Assembly: GCA_030390025.1 (NCBI GenBank)
Contig: CM059432.1
Location: 41,356,001 to 41,420,000, forward strand
Direction: 5' to 3'
DNA length: 64,000 bases
DNA from: Squalus acanthias
Taxonomy: Eukaryota
Numbering within the stretch: position 1 is the stretch's first letter; each line of letters begins with the position of its first letter. This document shows positions 39,045 through 51,010 of the stretch, one piece after another. The position numbers and the translations under genes are program-made. The notes beneath the pieces are model-generated. The model was given only the letters and a program-made list of their open reading frames with translations. It was not told the origin of the DNA and did not search any database.

Positions 39045-39145
39045 TTAAAGACGGAAAATGCTGGAAATACAAAGCATTCAGTCAGCATCTGTAAAGAGAA
39101 AAGAAAGATTATGATGTTTCAGGTGTACCCTTCATCAGAACTGAT
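39045..39145 (-). mobile_element. Penelope-like element terminal fragment
   Basis: The reverse complement reads ..CTGATGAAGG..CCTGAAAC..CAGATGCTGACTGA..TATTTCCAGCATTTTC, as I recall for fish and shark Penelope-like tails. Confidence 0.6.
39105..39143 (-). ncRNA. Degenerate minimal hammerhead ribozyme core
   Basis: cagtt CUGAUGA agg-guaca-ccu GAAAC auc; stems I and III are imperfect. Confidence 0.45.
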
Positions 39146-39338
39146 GACTGAAAGTCCTGAGTTACACTTTAAAAGGAAGACGGAGTAAATACCTGTCATT
39201 CTGGTCTGGCGTTTATGATATTGGCACAATTAATTGATAAATTGGACTGATGAACAGAATTATTCAATGGGAAGCAGATCGATGAGCTTTAATGTGGCAT
39301 ATATTACTTTATTTCACTGATATACTTTCTAAATTCAG

Positions 39339-39569
39339 GAAGCGAAATTGGAACTGTGATTGCGACAGACATGGATCAAGAGGAAACACTCAACGTCGTT
39401 TTGAAATATGAAATCCTCGATCAAGAACCAAAGATTCCAGAAGACAAAATGTTTACAATTGATAATTTCAACGGAAAAATCAAGCGTTTCCAAGGGCATC
39501 TGCAGAAGAAAAAAACTCCAGAATACATTTTAAAAGTTAAAGTAACAGACCTAGTGGGAGACAAAGGAG
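39339..39569 (+). CDS. CDH17: CDH17 exon H (231 nt, 1-1), EC4: SEIGTVIATDMDQEETLNVVLKYEILDQEPKIPEDKMFTIDNFNGKIKRFQGHLQKKKTPEYILKVKVTDLVGDKGG
   Basis: ttcag|GA...GGAG|gtctg; this donor gives the phase 1 required by the next exon, but it is non-consensus beyond GT. Confidence 0.9.
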
Positions 39570-40157
39570 GTCTGTATATATTTCACCAATCCAAAAATAG
39601 TATGGCGTGGTATCGGTAGATATTGAAACGTATACACTCAGAATCACATGACACTCTTCAAATGCCTTGCTTTTGAGGCCTTTGTTTCATAAATGCTGTA
39701 TTGTGAAAGAAGGCTGGCAAATTCATCCAACAACTATTATTTAGGTATATAGGGCTAAATTTTGCCCATGTTTTGGCAGTCTGGGAGTGAAAAATGGAGG
39801 AAAATGAGGTGGAGAGGCCTACAACCGAATTCCCACCCCAAAAAAGTGCCTCCACAATTTTCTTCGGCTCCTGCTGGGGGTTAGAGCATGGCTTAATGCA
39901 GCATGCAATTCCCCCTCCCCTTCTGCCCATGACTTGCCTCCTGAGCAGAACACTTAGTTTGGTTTAATTTAAAGAAAATAACTTCTAACAACTCTTCTGC
40001 CTTCTCCTTCTGAGCTGAGCAGAAGCTTGCCCTCATAGCTGTCTGTTTAAAGATCTAAATGACAGCCTGAGTCTTTGTCTCTTTTTTTTATCTCCCTATG
40101 ATCACAAAAGGAGGGAGAGCCTATGTCGGACAACCTCTGCTCAGTGCCCGTGACCAG

Positions 40158-40640
40158 GGACATAAGAACATAAGAATTGGGAGCAGGAGTAGGCCATACG
40201 GCCCCTCGAGCCTGCTCCGCCATTCAATAAGATCATTGCTGAACTTTGAAATCAATTCCACTTTCCTGCCCTATTCCCATATCTCAGTCTTAAAAGGCCG
40301 GCCCCTTATCCTGAGACTATGCCCCCTAATTCTAGACACTCCAGCCAGGGGAAACAATCTCTCAGCATTTATCCTGTCAATCGCCCTCAGAATCTTATAT
40401 GTTTCAATGAGATCGCATTCTTCTAAACTCCAGAGTATAGGCCCAATCTACTCAATCTCTCCTCATAGAACAACCCTCTCATCCCAGGAATCAATCTAGT
40501 GAACCTTCTTTGCCTATAAGGCAAGTATATCCTTCCTTAAATAAGGAGACCAAAACTGTGCACAGTACTCCAGGTGTGGTCTCATCAGAGCCCTGTACAA
40601 TTGTAGCAAGACTTCCTCATCTTGTACTCCAACCTCCCAA
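40158..40640 (-). mobile_element. CR1 LINE 3' fragment with internal deletions
   Basis: (CATAAGAA)n tail and CR1 ORF2 C-terminal remnants. Confidence 0.8.
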
Positions 40641-41519
40641 CACAATAGGTGTGAAGAGTCATCCACAGTATTTTGCTATCGTAGGTGTGAAGAGTTTATT
40701 GATTACTAAGACAGACTAATGCATTGCTTATTCTTTACAGTCTTTGGAAAACATCATCAATCATTAGCATTTTAACCACCTCTTGTCTCAGTGCCTTCTT
40801 AAACTTAGGTGAATACATTTTACTTTAAAATATGACTATTAAATGTAACTTTTTCCCCCCACATCCTTCTGTGGAAAATTGATCAAAAAAATTCCAAAAT
40901 GGGAAAATCTCCTTGATACGAATTCCCTTTTTGAGCTGCCTTTATAATTTTTTTTATTTGTTCCTGGGAATGTGGGCGTCGCTGGCAAGGCCAGCATTTA
41001 TTGTCCATCCCTAATTGCCCTTGAGAAGGTGGTGGTGAGCCGCCTCCATGAACCACTGCAGTTCATGTGGTGAAGGTATTCCCACAGTGCTGTTAGAGAG
41101 CGAGTTCCAGGATTTTGACCCAGTGACTATGAAGGAATGGCGATATATTTCCAAGTCAGGATGGTGTGTGACTTGGAGGGGAAGCAGGTGGCGGTATTTC
41201 CTTGTGCCTGCTACCCTTGTCCTTCTAGGTGGAAGAAGTCGCGGGTTTGGGTGGTGCTGTTGAAGAAGTCTTGGCGAGTTGCTGCAGTGCATCTTGTAGA
41301 TGGTACACACTGCAGCCACGGTACACCGGTGGTAGAGGGAGTCCCAATCAAGTGGACTGCTTTGTCCTGGATGGTGTCGAGCTTCTTGAGTGTTGTTGGA
41401 GCTGCAAGTGGAGGTATTCCATCGCACTCCTGACTTTTGCCTTGTAGATGGTGAAAAGGCTTTGGGGACTCAGGAGGTGAGACGCTCATCGCAGAGTACC
41501 CAGCCTCTGACCTGCTCTT

Positions 41520-44373
41520 AGAATCATAGAATGGTTACAGCACAGAAAGAGGCCATTCAGCTCGTTGAGCCCGTGCCGGCTCTCTGCAAGAGCACTTCAG
41601 CTAGTCCCACTCCCTGCACTTTCCCCGTAGCCCTGCAATTTTTTTCCTTCAGGTACTTATCCAATTCCCTTTTGAAAGCCACGATTGAATCTGCCTCCAC
41701 CACCCTTTCAGGCAGTGCATTCCAGATCCTAACCACTCGCTGCGTAAATAAGTTTTTCCTCATGTCACCTTTGGCTCTTCTGCCAATCACCTTAAATCTG
41801 AGTCCTCTGGTTCTTGACTCTTCCGCCAATGGGAACAGTTTCTCTCTATCTACTTTGTCTAGACCCCTCATGATTTTGAACACCTCTATCAAATTTCCTC
41901 TCCACCATATCTGCTCTCAGGAGAACAACCCCAGCTTCTCCAGTCTATCCACGTAACTGAAGTCCCTCATCCCTGGAACCATTCTTGTAAATCTTTTCTG
42001 CACCCTCTCTAAGGCCTTCACATCTTTCCTAAAGTGCGGTGCCCAGAATTGGACACAATGGGGGTGATTTTGCCAATGGGGACGTGATGGAGGCAGGACT
42101 GCTGCTTGTCGGGTTTTAGTCCCGCCTCCATCGACTTCCGGCCAACCCACGCTATTTTCCCTTGATTGACCTTGTTAAGCCTGCCCAGCAGGCTTAGCAG
42201 GCCAAGTAAGGGAGTTACTGGTGATGTCAGCGAGTGATGTTTCATCTATCAAGAGTTTTTGACAGATGAATTGTCATCGTTTGAGAGCTCTGTGAAGCTG
42301 TCAAACACTGACAATCTGTCTTCTAAGTTGAGACCTGGGACACAGGCTCAGTTAGAGATCTCTCCTGAGCAGAAAGCAGAAGGCTGATGCATTTGAGCAT
42401 TCTGCTTTCTCTGCTGGTGAGATGAGGGACTCCCGAGACCTGAAAGGTTGAAGCCTGGAGGAAGAAGCAAAGGTAAGTAAAGCTTTTAAAACACTTAAGA
42501 CTCACCTCACACACTTACCTCTGCACACATGCGCCCATCACTCACCTGCACACCGGACATCTCGGCCCCTCCGACCCCCGCAGACCCACGGCTTGTCTCG
42601 CTGACCCTGGCGAGGTTTGGATGGGTACCCGTCTCCAGAATCTGCCATTTTCCCAGCAGTCCCGCCTCCATACCCGCCTCCCCAGGGCTGGCAAAATCGC
42701 CCCCCAATACTCCAGTTGAGGTCGAACCAATGATTTATAATGGTTCATCATAACATTCTTGCTTTTACACTCTATGCCTGCACTTATGAAGCCCAGGATC
42801 CCGTATGCTTTTTTAACCATTTTCCCAACCTGCCCTGCCACCTTCAATGATTTGTGCACATATACCCCTAGGTCTCTCTGTTCATGCGCCCCTTAGAATT
42901 GTACACTTTAGTTTATATTGCCTCTCCTCATTCTTCCTACCAAAATGTATCACTTCGCACTTTTCTGCGTTAAATTTCATTTGCCACGTATCCGCCCATT
43001 CCACCACCGCATTGACCTCATCAACCCTCTCTGTTACCTCATTAAAAAAAACTCAATCAAGTTAGTTAAACTCGATTTGCCTTTAACAAATCCATGCTGG
43101 CTTTCCTTAATTAATCCACACTTGTCCAAGTGACTGTTAATTTGGTAAAGACAGATGCAAAGTATTCATTTAGCACCTCAGCCATGCCCTCTGCCTCCAT
43201 GTGTAGATCTCCTTTTTGGTCCCTAATCGGCCCCACCCCTCCTCTTACTACCCGTTTACTATTTATATGCCTATAGAAGACTTTTGGATTTCCTTTTATG
43301 TTAGCTACCAGCTTATTCTCTTGCTCTCTCTTTGCCCCTCTTATTTCCTTTTTCAGTTCTCCTCTGAACCTTCTACATTCAGCCTGGTTCTCACTTGTAT
43401 TCTCAACCTGACATCTGTCAAACGCGCTCTTTTTCTGCTTCATTTTACTCTCTATCTCTTTCGTCATCCAGGGAGCTGTGATTTTGGTTGCCCTACCTTT
43501 CTCCCTCATGGGAATGTACCTCGACTGTACCCGAACTATCTCCTCTTTAAAGGTAGCCCATTGTTCGATTGCAGTTTTGCCTGGCAATCTTTGATTCCAG
43601 TTTACCTGGGCCAGATCCATTCTCAACCCACTGAAATTGGCCTTCCTCCAATTAAGTATTTTTACTCTAGATTGCTCCCTGTCCCTTTTCAGAGCTAATC
43701 TAATCCTTATGATACTATGACCACTGTTCCCTAAATGTTCTCCTACTGACACTTGCTCCACTTGACCCACCTCATTCCCCAGAACCAGATCCAGCAATGT
43801 CTCCTTCCTCATTGGGCCGGAAACGTACTGATCAAGAAAGTTCTCCTGAACACACTACAGAAATTCTTCCCCCTCTCTGCCCTTTACACTATTACTATCC
43901 CAGTCTATATTAGGATAGTTGAAGACCCCATTAACACAACTCTATAGTTCTTGCACCTCTCTGTAATTTCCCTGCAAATGTCCTCCTCTATATCTTTCCC
44001 ACTAGTTGGTGGCCTATAGAATACACCTAGTAGTTTAATGGCACCTCAATTATTTCTTAACGCTAACCAAATAGATTCTGTCCTTGACCCCTCCACGACA
44101 TCCTCTCTCTCCAGGACTGTAATATTCTCTTTAATCAATACTACCACCCCACCTCTTTTCTTTCCTTCCCTATCTTTCCTGAACGCCTTATATCCAGAAA
44201 TATTTAGTACCTAATCCTGCCCTTTTTTGAGCCAGGTTTCCATTATCACCAGGGCATCATATTCCCATGTGGCTTTTTGTGCCTGCAGCTCACCAACCTT
44301 ATTTACCACACCTCGTGCGTTTGCACACATGCACTGTAAACCAATCTTCGATCTTCTTGTATTCTCTCTTAGT
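41520..44373 (-). mobile_element. CR1 LINE with an internal RT deletion: endonuclease, linker, C-terminus and 3' UTR
   Basis: ORF 43111-43812 LDLVLGNE..GEHLGNSGH..NIKGNPKVFYRHI..LNEYFASVFT; ORF 41557-41892; (AGAATCAT)n tail. Confidence 0.92.
42060..42705 (-). mobile_element. Harbinger MITE family S inserted into CR1 ORF2
   Basis: GGGGGTGATTTT / AAAATCGCCCCC(C); TSD AAT; splits VRPQLEY|CVQFWAP. Confidence 0.9.
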
Positions 44374-45164
44374 CTGTATTTATGTGGCTGGTCCAGTTAA
44401 GTTTCTGATCAATGGTGACCCCCCCCCCCCCCCCCCCCCCCAGAAGCCCTTCACTGGCTGCTGGTGCCTCACAACATGGCCCTAGCAGTCCTGTGTGCCA
44501 TGAGAGATGCGCCCAGAGTGCCAGTAAATTATGCCAATAGGATGACTTCACTGTTTGCAGTGAGGTCAGCTCCTTTGTGCACAGGCACATGTAGCGTCTG
44601 CCCAGCTCCAGCTCTGATTCCTGTTTTCTTATCTATCCCATGTTCTACTCAGGGTTCCTGTGGCTTTTAGTTCAAGTTTTTCTTCTGGTGGAGGGTGAAG
44701 AGTTGACATTGAATGAGTTTCCCTTTGTCCTGGACATTTTTCCACGGTGTGGTAGACATTCCTGGCTAGGTCATCCAGTTTAGGAGGGAGAAAGGAGGGC
44801 AGGGTGAGACCAGGATCACACACAGGAACAAGTCCTGATGTCTGGTTAGCTCAGTCACATCCAGCTGCAGAGGCTTTGGTTTAGGTTTAAAAAGATCTTG
44901 CATTCTTCAAGGTTCAAAATCAGTAACAATTCAATACTTCACCACTGAGCTAATCACCCCTGTCCTCCCTGTCCTTCCCAACCCACATTCCAGCCCTGCC
45001 CTGTCTTCCCAAGCCCTTCTCCTGCTCTATAATCTGAGTGCTCAAATGTTGGCAAGACACATTCCATACCAGACCCGATTTGCTGAGATTTCTAGTTTAT
45101 TGAAAGTTCGTTCAAATCAAACTTTGGGCTATTTCGTAATTGAAGCTTTCTATTTCTTTCCTAG

Positions 45165-45241
45165 GACTAAGCACTGAATGCATCGTCAATATCTCTGTTA
45201 TTGATATCAATGATATGATCCCTGTCTTTGAGAAATTGGAG
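45165..45241 (+). CDS. CDH17: CDH17 exon I (77 nt, 1-0): LSTECIVNISVIDINDMIPVFEKLE
   Basis: cctag|GA...GAG|gtaaa; matches human VIDINDQIPIFEK. Confidence 0.95.
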
Positions 45242-45324
45242 GTAAATGTAACGTCAATTTCACCATACCTGAAATATCTGACAGACTCCAAGGGTGTGTG
45301 CTGCTGCTGTTTTATGCAGCAGAA

Positions 45325-46378
45325 TGGAGAACAACAACGTGTATTTATATAGCGCCTTTAACGTAGTAAAACATCCCAAGGTGCTTCACAGGAGCGTTAT
45401 GAAACAAAATTTGACACTGAGCCACATAAGGAGATATTAGGGCAGATGACCAAAAGCTTGGTCAAAGAGGTAGGTTTTAAGGAGCGTCTTAAAGGAGGAA
45501 TGAAAGGTAGAGACGTTTAGGGAGGGGGGAAATTCCAGAGCTTAGGGCCTTAGCAGCTGAAAGCACGGCCACCAATGGTTGAGCGATTATAATCAGGGAT
45601 GCTCAAGAGGCCAGAATTAGAGGAGCGCAGATATCTCGGGGGGGTTGTGGGGCTGGAGGAGATTAGAGAAATAGGGAGGGGCGAGGCCACGGAGGGATTT
45701 GAAAACAAGGATGAGAATTTTAAAATCAAGGCGTTGCTTAACTGGGAGCCAATGTAAGTCAGCGAGCACAGGGGTGATGGGTGAGCGGGACTTGGTGCGA
45801 GTTAGGACATGGGCAGCTAAGTTTTGGATAACCTCAAGTTTACGTACTGTAGAACGTTCGAGGCCAGCCAGGAGTGTGTTGGAATAGTTAAGTCTAGAGG
45901 TAACAAAGGCATGTATGAGGGTTTCAGCAGCAGATTAGCTGAGGCAAGGGCGGAGACTGGCGATGTATCGGAGGTGGAAACAGGCGGTCTTAATCATGGC
46001 GCAGATTTGTGGTTGGGAGCTCATTTCAGGTTCAAATATGATACCAAGGTTGCGAACAGTCTGGTTCAGCCTCAGGCAGATGCTAGGGAGAGGGATGGAG
46101 TCGGTGGCTAGGGAACAGAGTTTGTGGCGAGCACCGAAGACAATGGCTTCAATCTTCCCAATATTTAGCTGGAGGAAATTTCTGCTCATCCAGTACTGGA
46201 TGTCAGACAAACAGTCTGACAGTTTAGATACAGTGGATGGTTCAAGAGAAGTGGTGGTGAGGTAGAGCTGGGTGTCGTCAGCGTACATGTGGAAACTGAC
46301 GCTGTGTTTTCGGATGATGTCGCTGAGGGGCAGCATATAGATGAGAAATAGGAGGGGGCCAAGGATAGATCCTTGGAC
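45325..46378 (-). mobile_element. L2 LINE 3' 1 kb
   Basis: SFHMYADDTQLYL...WMSRNFLQLNIGK; (AAC)n tail at the left end. Confidence 0.92.
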
Positions 46379-46539
46379 AGATCCAAGGTCAATGCCTGAT
46401 TGTGAATGAGAGTTTATTTATGTTTGTTTGTAGACATACTTTTGGCAGAACGTTACAGCAAATCACTATGGTGTTAATGTGCACATGTCAATGTGATTAT
46501 TGAAGTCCAAGTTGCCATTCTTCACATTTGAGCCCAGAC

Positions 46540-46835
46540 TGTAGATGTCAGCTATTCAACTGTGATGGATATCACAGCTGAGACAAATCCTGTCCTCACT
46601 CGGCACACTTATGCACATTTTAGTGCTGAATAGTGACTGGGGTCAACAAATAGCAACCAGGAGCAGGGACTTTGGCTTGTTTTCCTTTTCCTAGTCCAGA
46701 GAAACTGAGGCCAGTTGTATTCACCCCACTGCTGCTTTGGTTAAGATCAGCAATCAAAGTTGAGACCTTCCTGGTCTGAATGGTTTGCTGCCACACTGCA
46801 TGGTGTGTTTATCCACTAAACAATCAGAGCTGCCC
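46540..46835 (-). mobile_element. Ancient tRNA-derived SINE
   Basis: Similar to 11940-12340, but with a single unit where that copy has the tandem array. Confidence 0.5.
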
Positions 46836-47275
46836 TCAATAATTCTTTTTATATGTTTTTGTTGTTTCTTGAATTAAGTCAATTTGGAATATTTGGAACT
46901 TATGATCCTTCAAAATGTATTATTTAACTAATGTAATATTATGAGGCAGTTGGCTGACTCACATTGAGTGGGATTGTTTCTGAGGGCTGATTGTTGCCTG
47001 AAAATTGCTGATTACAGTAATCATTTGCTCATTCCTTACAAGAATATGAAAGAGTTACCTTTTTCACTGAAACAGGATGTAGAATCATCCTTGATACTTG
47101 TGAGGGGACAGCACAGTCAACAGTCATAAAGCACTGATCTTTGATAAAATTGTTTTCTACTCTTTCAGTTGAGAGCTATCTCACTCATGCTTAATATATA
47201 CAAGGGCTGGGTTTGACATGAAAGCAAAACCATCCTTGTAACAGTGTCTTTATCTGTTATTGTTTTGTGTGCCAG

Positions 47276-47467
47276 TACGGTCCCATCACCTTACCTGAAA
47301 ACACTTCATTGGATACAGTGCTGATAGAAATTCAGGCGACAGATGATGACGAGGCTTTCACGGGCAGCTCTGAGATATTGTACAACGTTGTAGAAGGCGA
47401 TGCCAATGGAACTTTCAAAATAATAACTGAAGAAAGTACAAATAAAGGAAGGGTGATGCTGGCTAAG
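47276..47467 (+). CDS. CDH17: CDH17 exon J (192 nt, 0-0), EC5: YGPITLPENTSLDTVLIEIQATDDDEAFTGSSEILYNVVEGDANGTFKIITEESTNKGRVMLAK
   Basis: gccag|TAC...AAG|gtaaa. Confidence 0.96.
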
Positions 47468-49052
47468 GTAAAGTTATGAAAAAATTATCATAGCTTCTGT
47501 GGTTGCATTTGAAGGGCTATATTCTTGGAATATTAGATTATCCTGATAATCAAGCATTGAATAAACCAAGTCCTATACTGTGATACATCAGCTAAAGTTA
47601 GGTGGCACAATGTGATATTTTATACCTTTACCTCTTGGGTTATCATTATCTCTCTTTCTCTTTCACCTATTCTGTGTTGTCTGTACCACATCCAGTGCAC
47701 ATAAAACAAACAGTAAACACACTATGTAACATAAGCACTATCTGCAAAAGCAGTTGAGTTGATTAGCTCCTTCTAGAAGGACTTGAATATATTTCTGGTT
47801 GGTAATGGAATTGGAGGTTGTAGCGTTAGGCATAGAAAATAAAATACTCCATGGGATACAAAGGTTCCTGAGCTGTTGGTGCTTGGTTTGATGGGAGAGG
47901 TAAGGAGGGAACAGGGAACATGTTGTTTGTGAAGGGCAAGAGGCCAAGATTGAATAAACGATTTGGGGATAGATGAATATTTTGGAGTTTTCTTGTTTAC
48001 CTATGGGGATTAGGGAGTATTTCCTTAGGACGGTGCTTTTCTATGAACTCACTGCACATATTGACATGTTAATAAGGTAGATGCTGTATGGCACGTTACA
48101 GGCACAACTGCAAGCAAGGTCAGGAGATGCTAGAGTTATTGGCTGAGAATTTTTAAATTGGTTTTTGTTCGCCCCTCCTTTGCTGAAGGTAGTGTCTCAT
48201 GTGAGTGCCAGTGGCCTTCTGGTACTTTGCCCAGATTGCAATTCTTCACGTGACAATTTTTCACATGTGAACCTAGGCATTGAATCTATTAGGCTATTCA
48301 ATAGTGGGAAGCATTGCAGCCAAACCCAATCCTGAAATAGGTGTTTCAGAAATATCTTCAAAATGTATTGTATCCAAATCTGGATGCCACACTTAGGGAG
48401 GATTTGCACTAAAATCAATCAAACTGACTGATGTGAAGTGGTGTTGGATAAATCATTTTGTGCCACTGATATCAGGTGCAGATCAGACAGCTCTTATACC
48501 CATACAATCAACAATTCTGTATGTCATTCTAATGATACATTCTTCTAAAATTTAAATCTGCACCTTTTATTTTAGAATCAAGGGTGATATAGACTAAATC
48601 GTGCAGCACCACCAATTAAGTCCCCAGTGCCAAGTGTAACCTCAGGGTGAAGAGCCAAGAGGAGGTTAGACACTTCTCCAGAGGAACATCATGTAATGAA
48701 TCATCTGTCTTCTTTTGTGCATCCAGCTATGGGAAGACAATGGCAGTAGTCTAGGAGCAAGTGTCTTAACCAATCCCTTAGCCAAGGATGGTGTGCGGTG
48801 CAAGAACATCCAGATAGAGAGAAGGGAGAGAATATAAAGTTCAAAGAAGTGAAGCATTAGTTAGGTAAAACCTGTGTTTGTTTTATCAGTGAGTATTGAT
48901 TACACTTATTGAATATAAAACATCAAAGGAATCAATGTAAAATTTGATATGTGAACCTAAAAGATAACATTGAAATTTGTTTTTCTTTGAGAATGGGGAG
49001 AGTTGTTCTGTGTTGAGTCATTTAATTATTTCTACTGCTTCTGTTCCTCTAG

Positions 49053-49297
49053 CCTCTGAACTTCGAAGTGTATTCATTTTATAATTTAAGCATCAGTGCC
49101 ACAAATCCAGAACCACTAGTAAAAGGAGTGGCGTACAACTCAAGCTCGTTCACTATCCTGATCGTTAATGTGACTGATTATGATGAACCACCATATTTCT
49201 TAAAGTCTTCATATCAACGATGGATATTTGAGAATGCCTCCAAGGGCGATAGCTTGCTTAAAGTGGAAGCCAAAGACCCTGAAGGTGCCGGAGTGAG
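49053..49297 (+). CDS. CDH17: CDH17 exon K (245 nt, 0-2): PLNFEVYSFYNLSISATNPEPLVKGVAYNSSSFTILIVNVTDYDEPPYFLKSSYQRWIFENASKGDSLLKVEAKDPEGAGVR
   Basis: tctag|CCT...AG|gtact; NPEPLV and KDPEG motifs. Confidence 0.95.
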
Positions 49298-50879
49298 GTA
49301 CTAAATGGTCAGAATCTGGATATTGAAACATATGTAAATGTACACACAAACACACTGCAAGTGTTCACCCAAGACTTGCATAAACAGACACAGATGGTAA
49401 AGATTAAAGATTTTTAAGAATTATTGTTGAGAAAGATAAGCAAAGCCTTAATAAAAAGACTAAGAGAGACAACCTCCATTAAAAGTAGTTCATGGTATAT
49501 TGATTACTTTGTTACGAAGGAATGGAATGACTATTAATATATAAATAGGTTTGAACATTATAGGAGCAAGCATCGACACAGGTAATCAAATACTCAATAG
49601 CTCCATTTCTGCTGAGACCATGGAAATGCCACATGTGGAATTTAACTGGTTGAATAAAGTAGGAACATTGGACTAATAGTAGGCCATTCAGCTTAATGAA
49701 CCTGCTCTGCCATTTTGTTAGCCGATGGAAGGGGAATTGGGTTAAGTAATATAGGTTATACCGTTTGTTTGGTGGCCTGGAGATTTATTGCAATTACCTT
49801 TGGAGTTAGGAAGAAATTTCACAGAATTTTCTCTTTTTGGAACTTGAGCCTGTTTCACCTCCTTCAACAAAATAAATAGACTTAGGAAGATTCCATGACT
49901 GCACATTGCACAAAGATCAACAGAAGAAGCTAAATGACCTAGTTAAAAAGATGCGCAGTTACAGATACAGTCATTTATACACTTGACATGGAAGATCTTC
50001 ATTGCATAACTAAAATTACAATTTAGGTTCAGAGTGTCTGAAATTTGGTATCCTTGGAAACTGCATTTAATACAAATCTGAAGGTCAAATCATTAAACAG
50101 TGACTCAGGCATATGGGGTATATTTTCACGGTGCACAATGAGTCGGTAGTGAGCAGAACGATCGGGACACCCACCCGATGGCAGCAGCCAGAGGCCTGAA
50201 CTATTTTCGTGGTCGGGCCGCATTTGTAATATTCATGACAAGGGGCATTGACAGGCAGATCGTCAATGGGGAGGGGGATGGGGTGGGGAGGGGAGGAATT
50301 TCTGTGGAGCCAAGCAAGTATTTTCTAATAAAAGGGTTGGTGTGCATGTCAATGGGAAATAGGATGTGAGTCATTCCTGTGTGACAAACTTGGTAATACA
50401 GTACATGAGCCAGGTGATATTCCAGTGCACTGTTGATTTTGGACAGGCAGACTGGCTCATTGATGGGACCTGGTTCGATAGACCTGTCACTGAGATCTGG
50501 GATTCTTCCCATTTGGCTCCTCTGGAGGCCAGTGCACTAATGGGTAGAAAGGTCATAGCTGGAAATGCAGTGGGTAGCTTGCCAGTGGTCTGTACTGGTA
50601 AGCTGTGTGGATTTTGTTGCTTAAGCAGAGTATAATATTATTGTAGATACTTAATAGTGAGGGAAGTTACAAGTAAAAGAAATACTTCAAAATAGTACTA
50701 CTTATAGTAATTTTTATAATTTTGTCCTTTAGTTATTCTTTTGTAGTAAGTGTACCATTTCAGGTTAGAGAGGAAAAATCACACATAGTTGTTTTAAATT
50801 GTACAGTGTGACTGATGCTGGGAGATGGACATTATTCTGACTGAGAAATAAGACTAATGAACTGCTTCTGATTGATTAG

Positions 50880-51010
50880 ATATAAACTATCATTTGATCC
50901 ACGGAACTGGTTCAGGATTGACCCTAAAACTGGAGAGATCTTCGTTGATGATGAGTTGGATGTGGAGAAGGAAAGACGTTATAATATTAGGGCCACTGCA
51001 ATAGAGGAAG
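50880..51010 (+). CDS. CDH17: CDH17 exon L (131 nt, 2-1), EC6: YKLSFDPRNWFRIDPKTGEIFVDDELDVEKERRYNIRATAIEE
   Basis: attag|A...GAAG|gtaag; W.RID..TGEIF motif. Confidence 0.94.

Larger units (their letters stand above)
40948..44420 (-). mobile_element. LINE family B fragment (40948-41519 and 44374-44420) split by a CR1 insertion
   Basis: The two halves join as in the intact copy at 13660-13730 (GACCTGCTCTT...GTATTTATGTGGCTGG). Confidence 0.85.

Noticed and set aside
43111..43812. 233-aa ORF as an independent nested gene
   Set aside because: CR1 ORF2 endonuclease end and linker, with the SDH motif changed to SGH and no RT core following.
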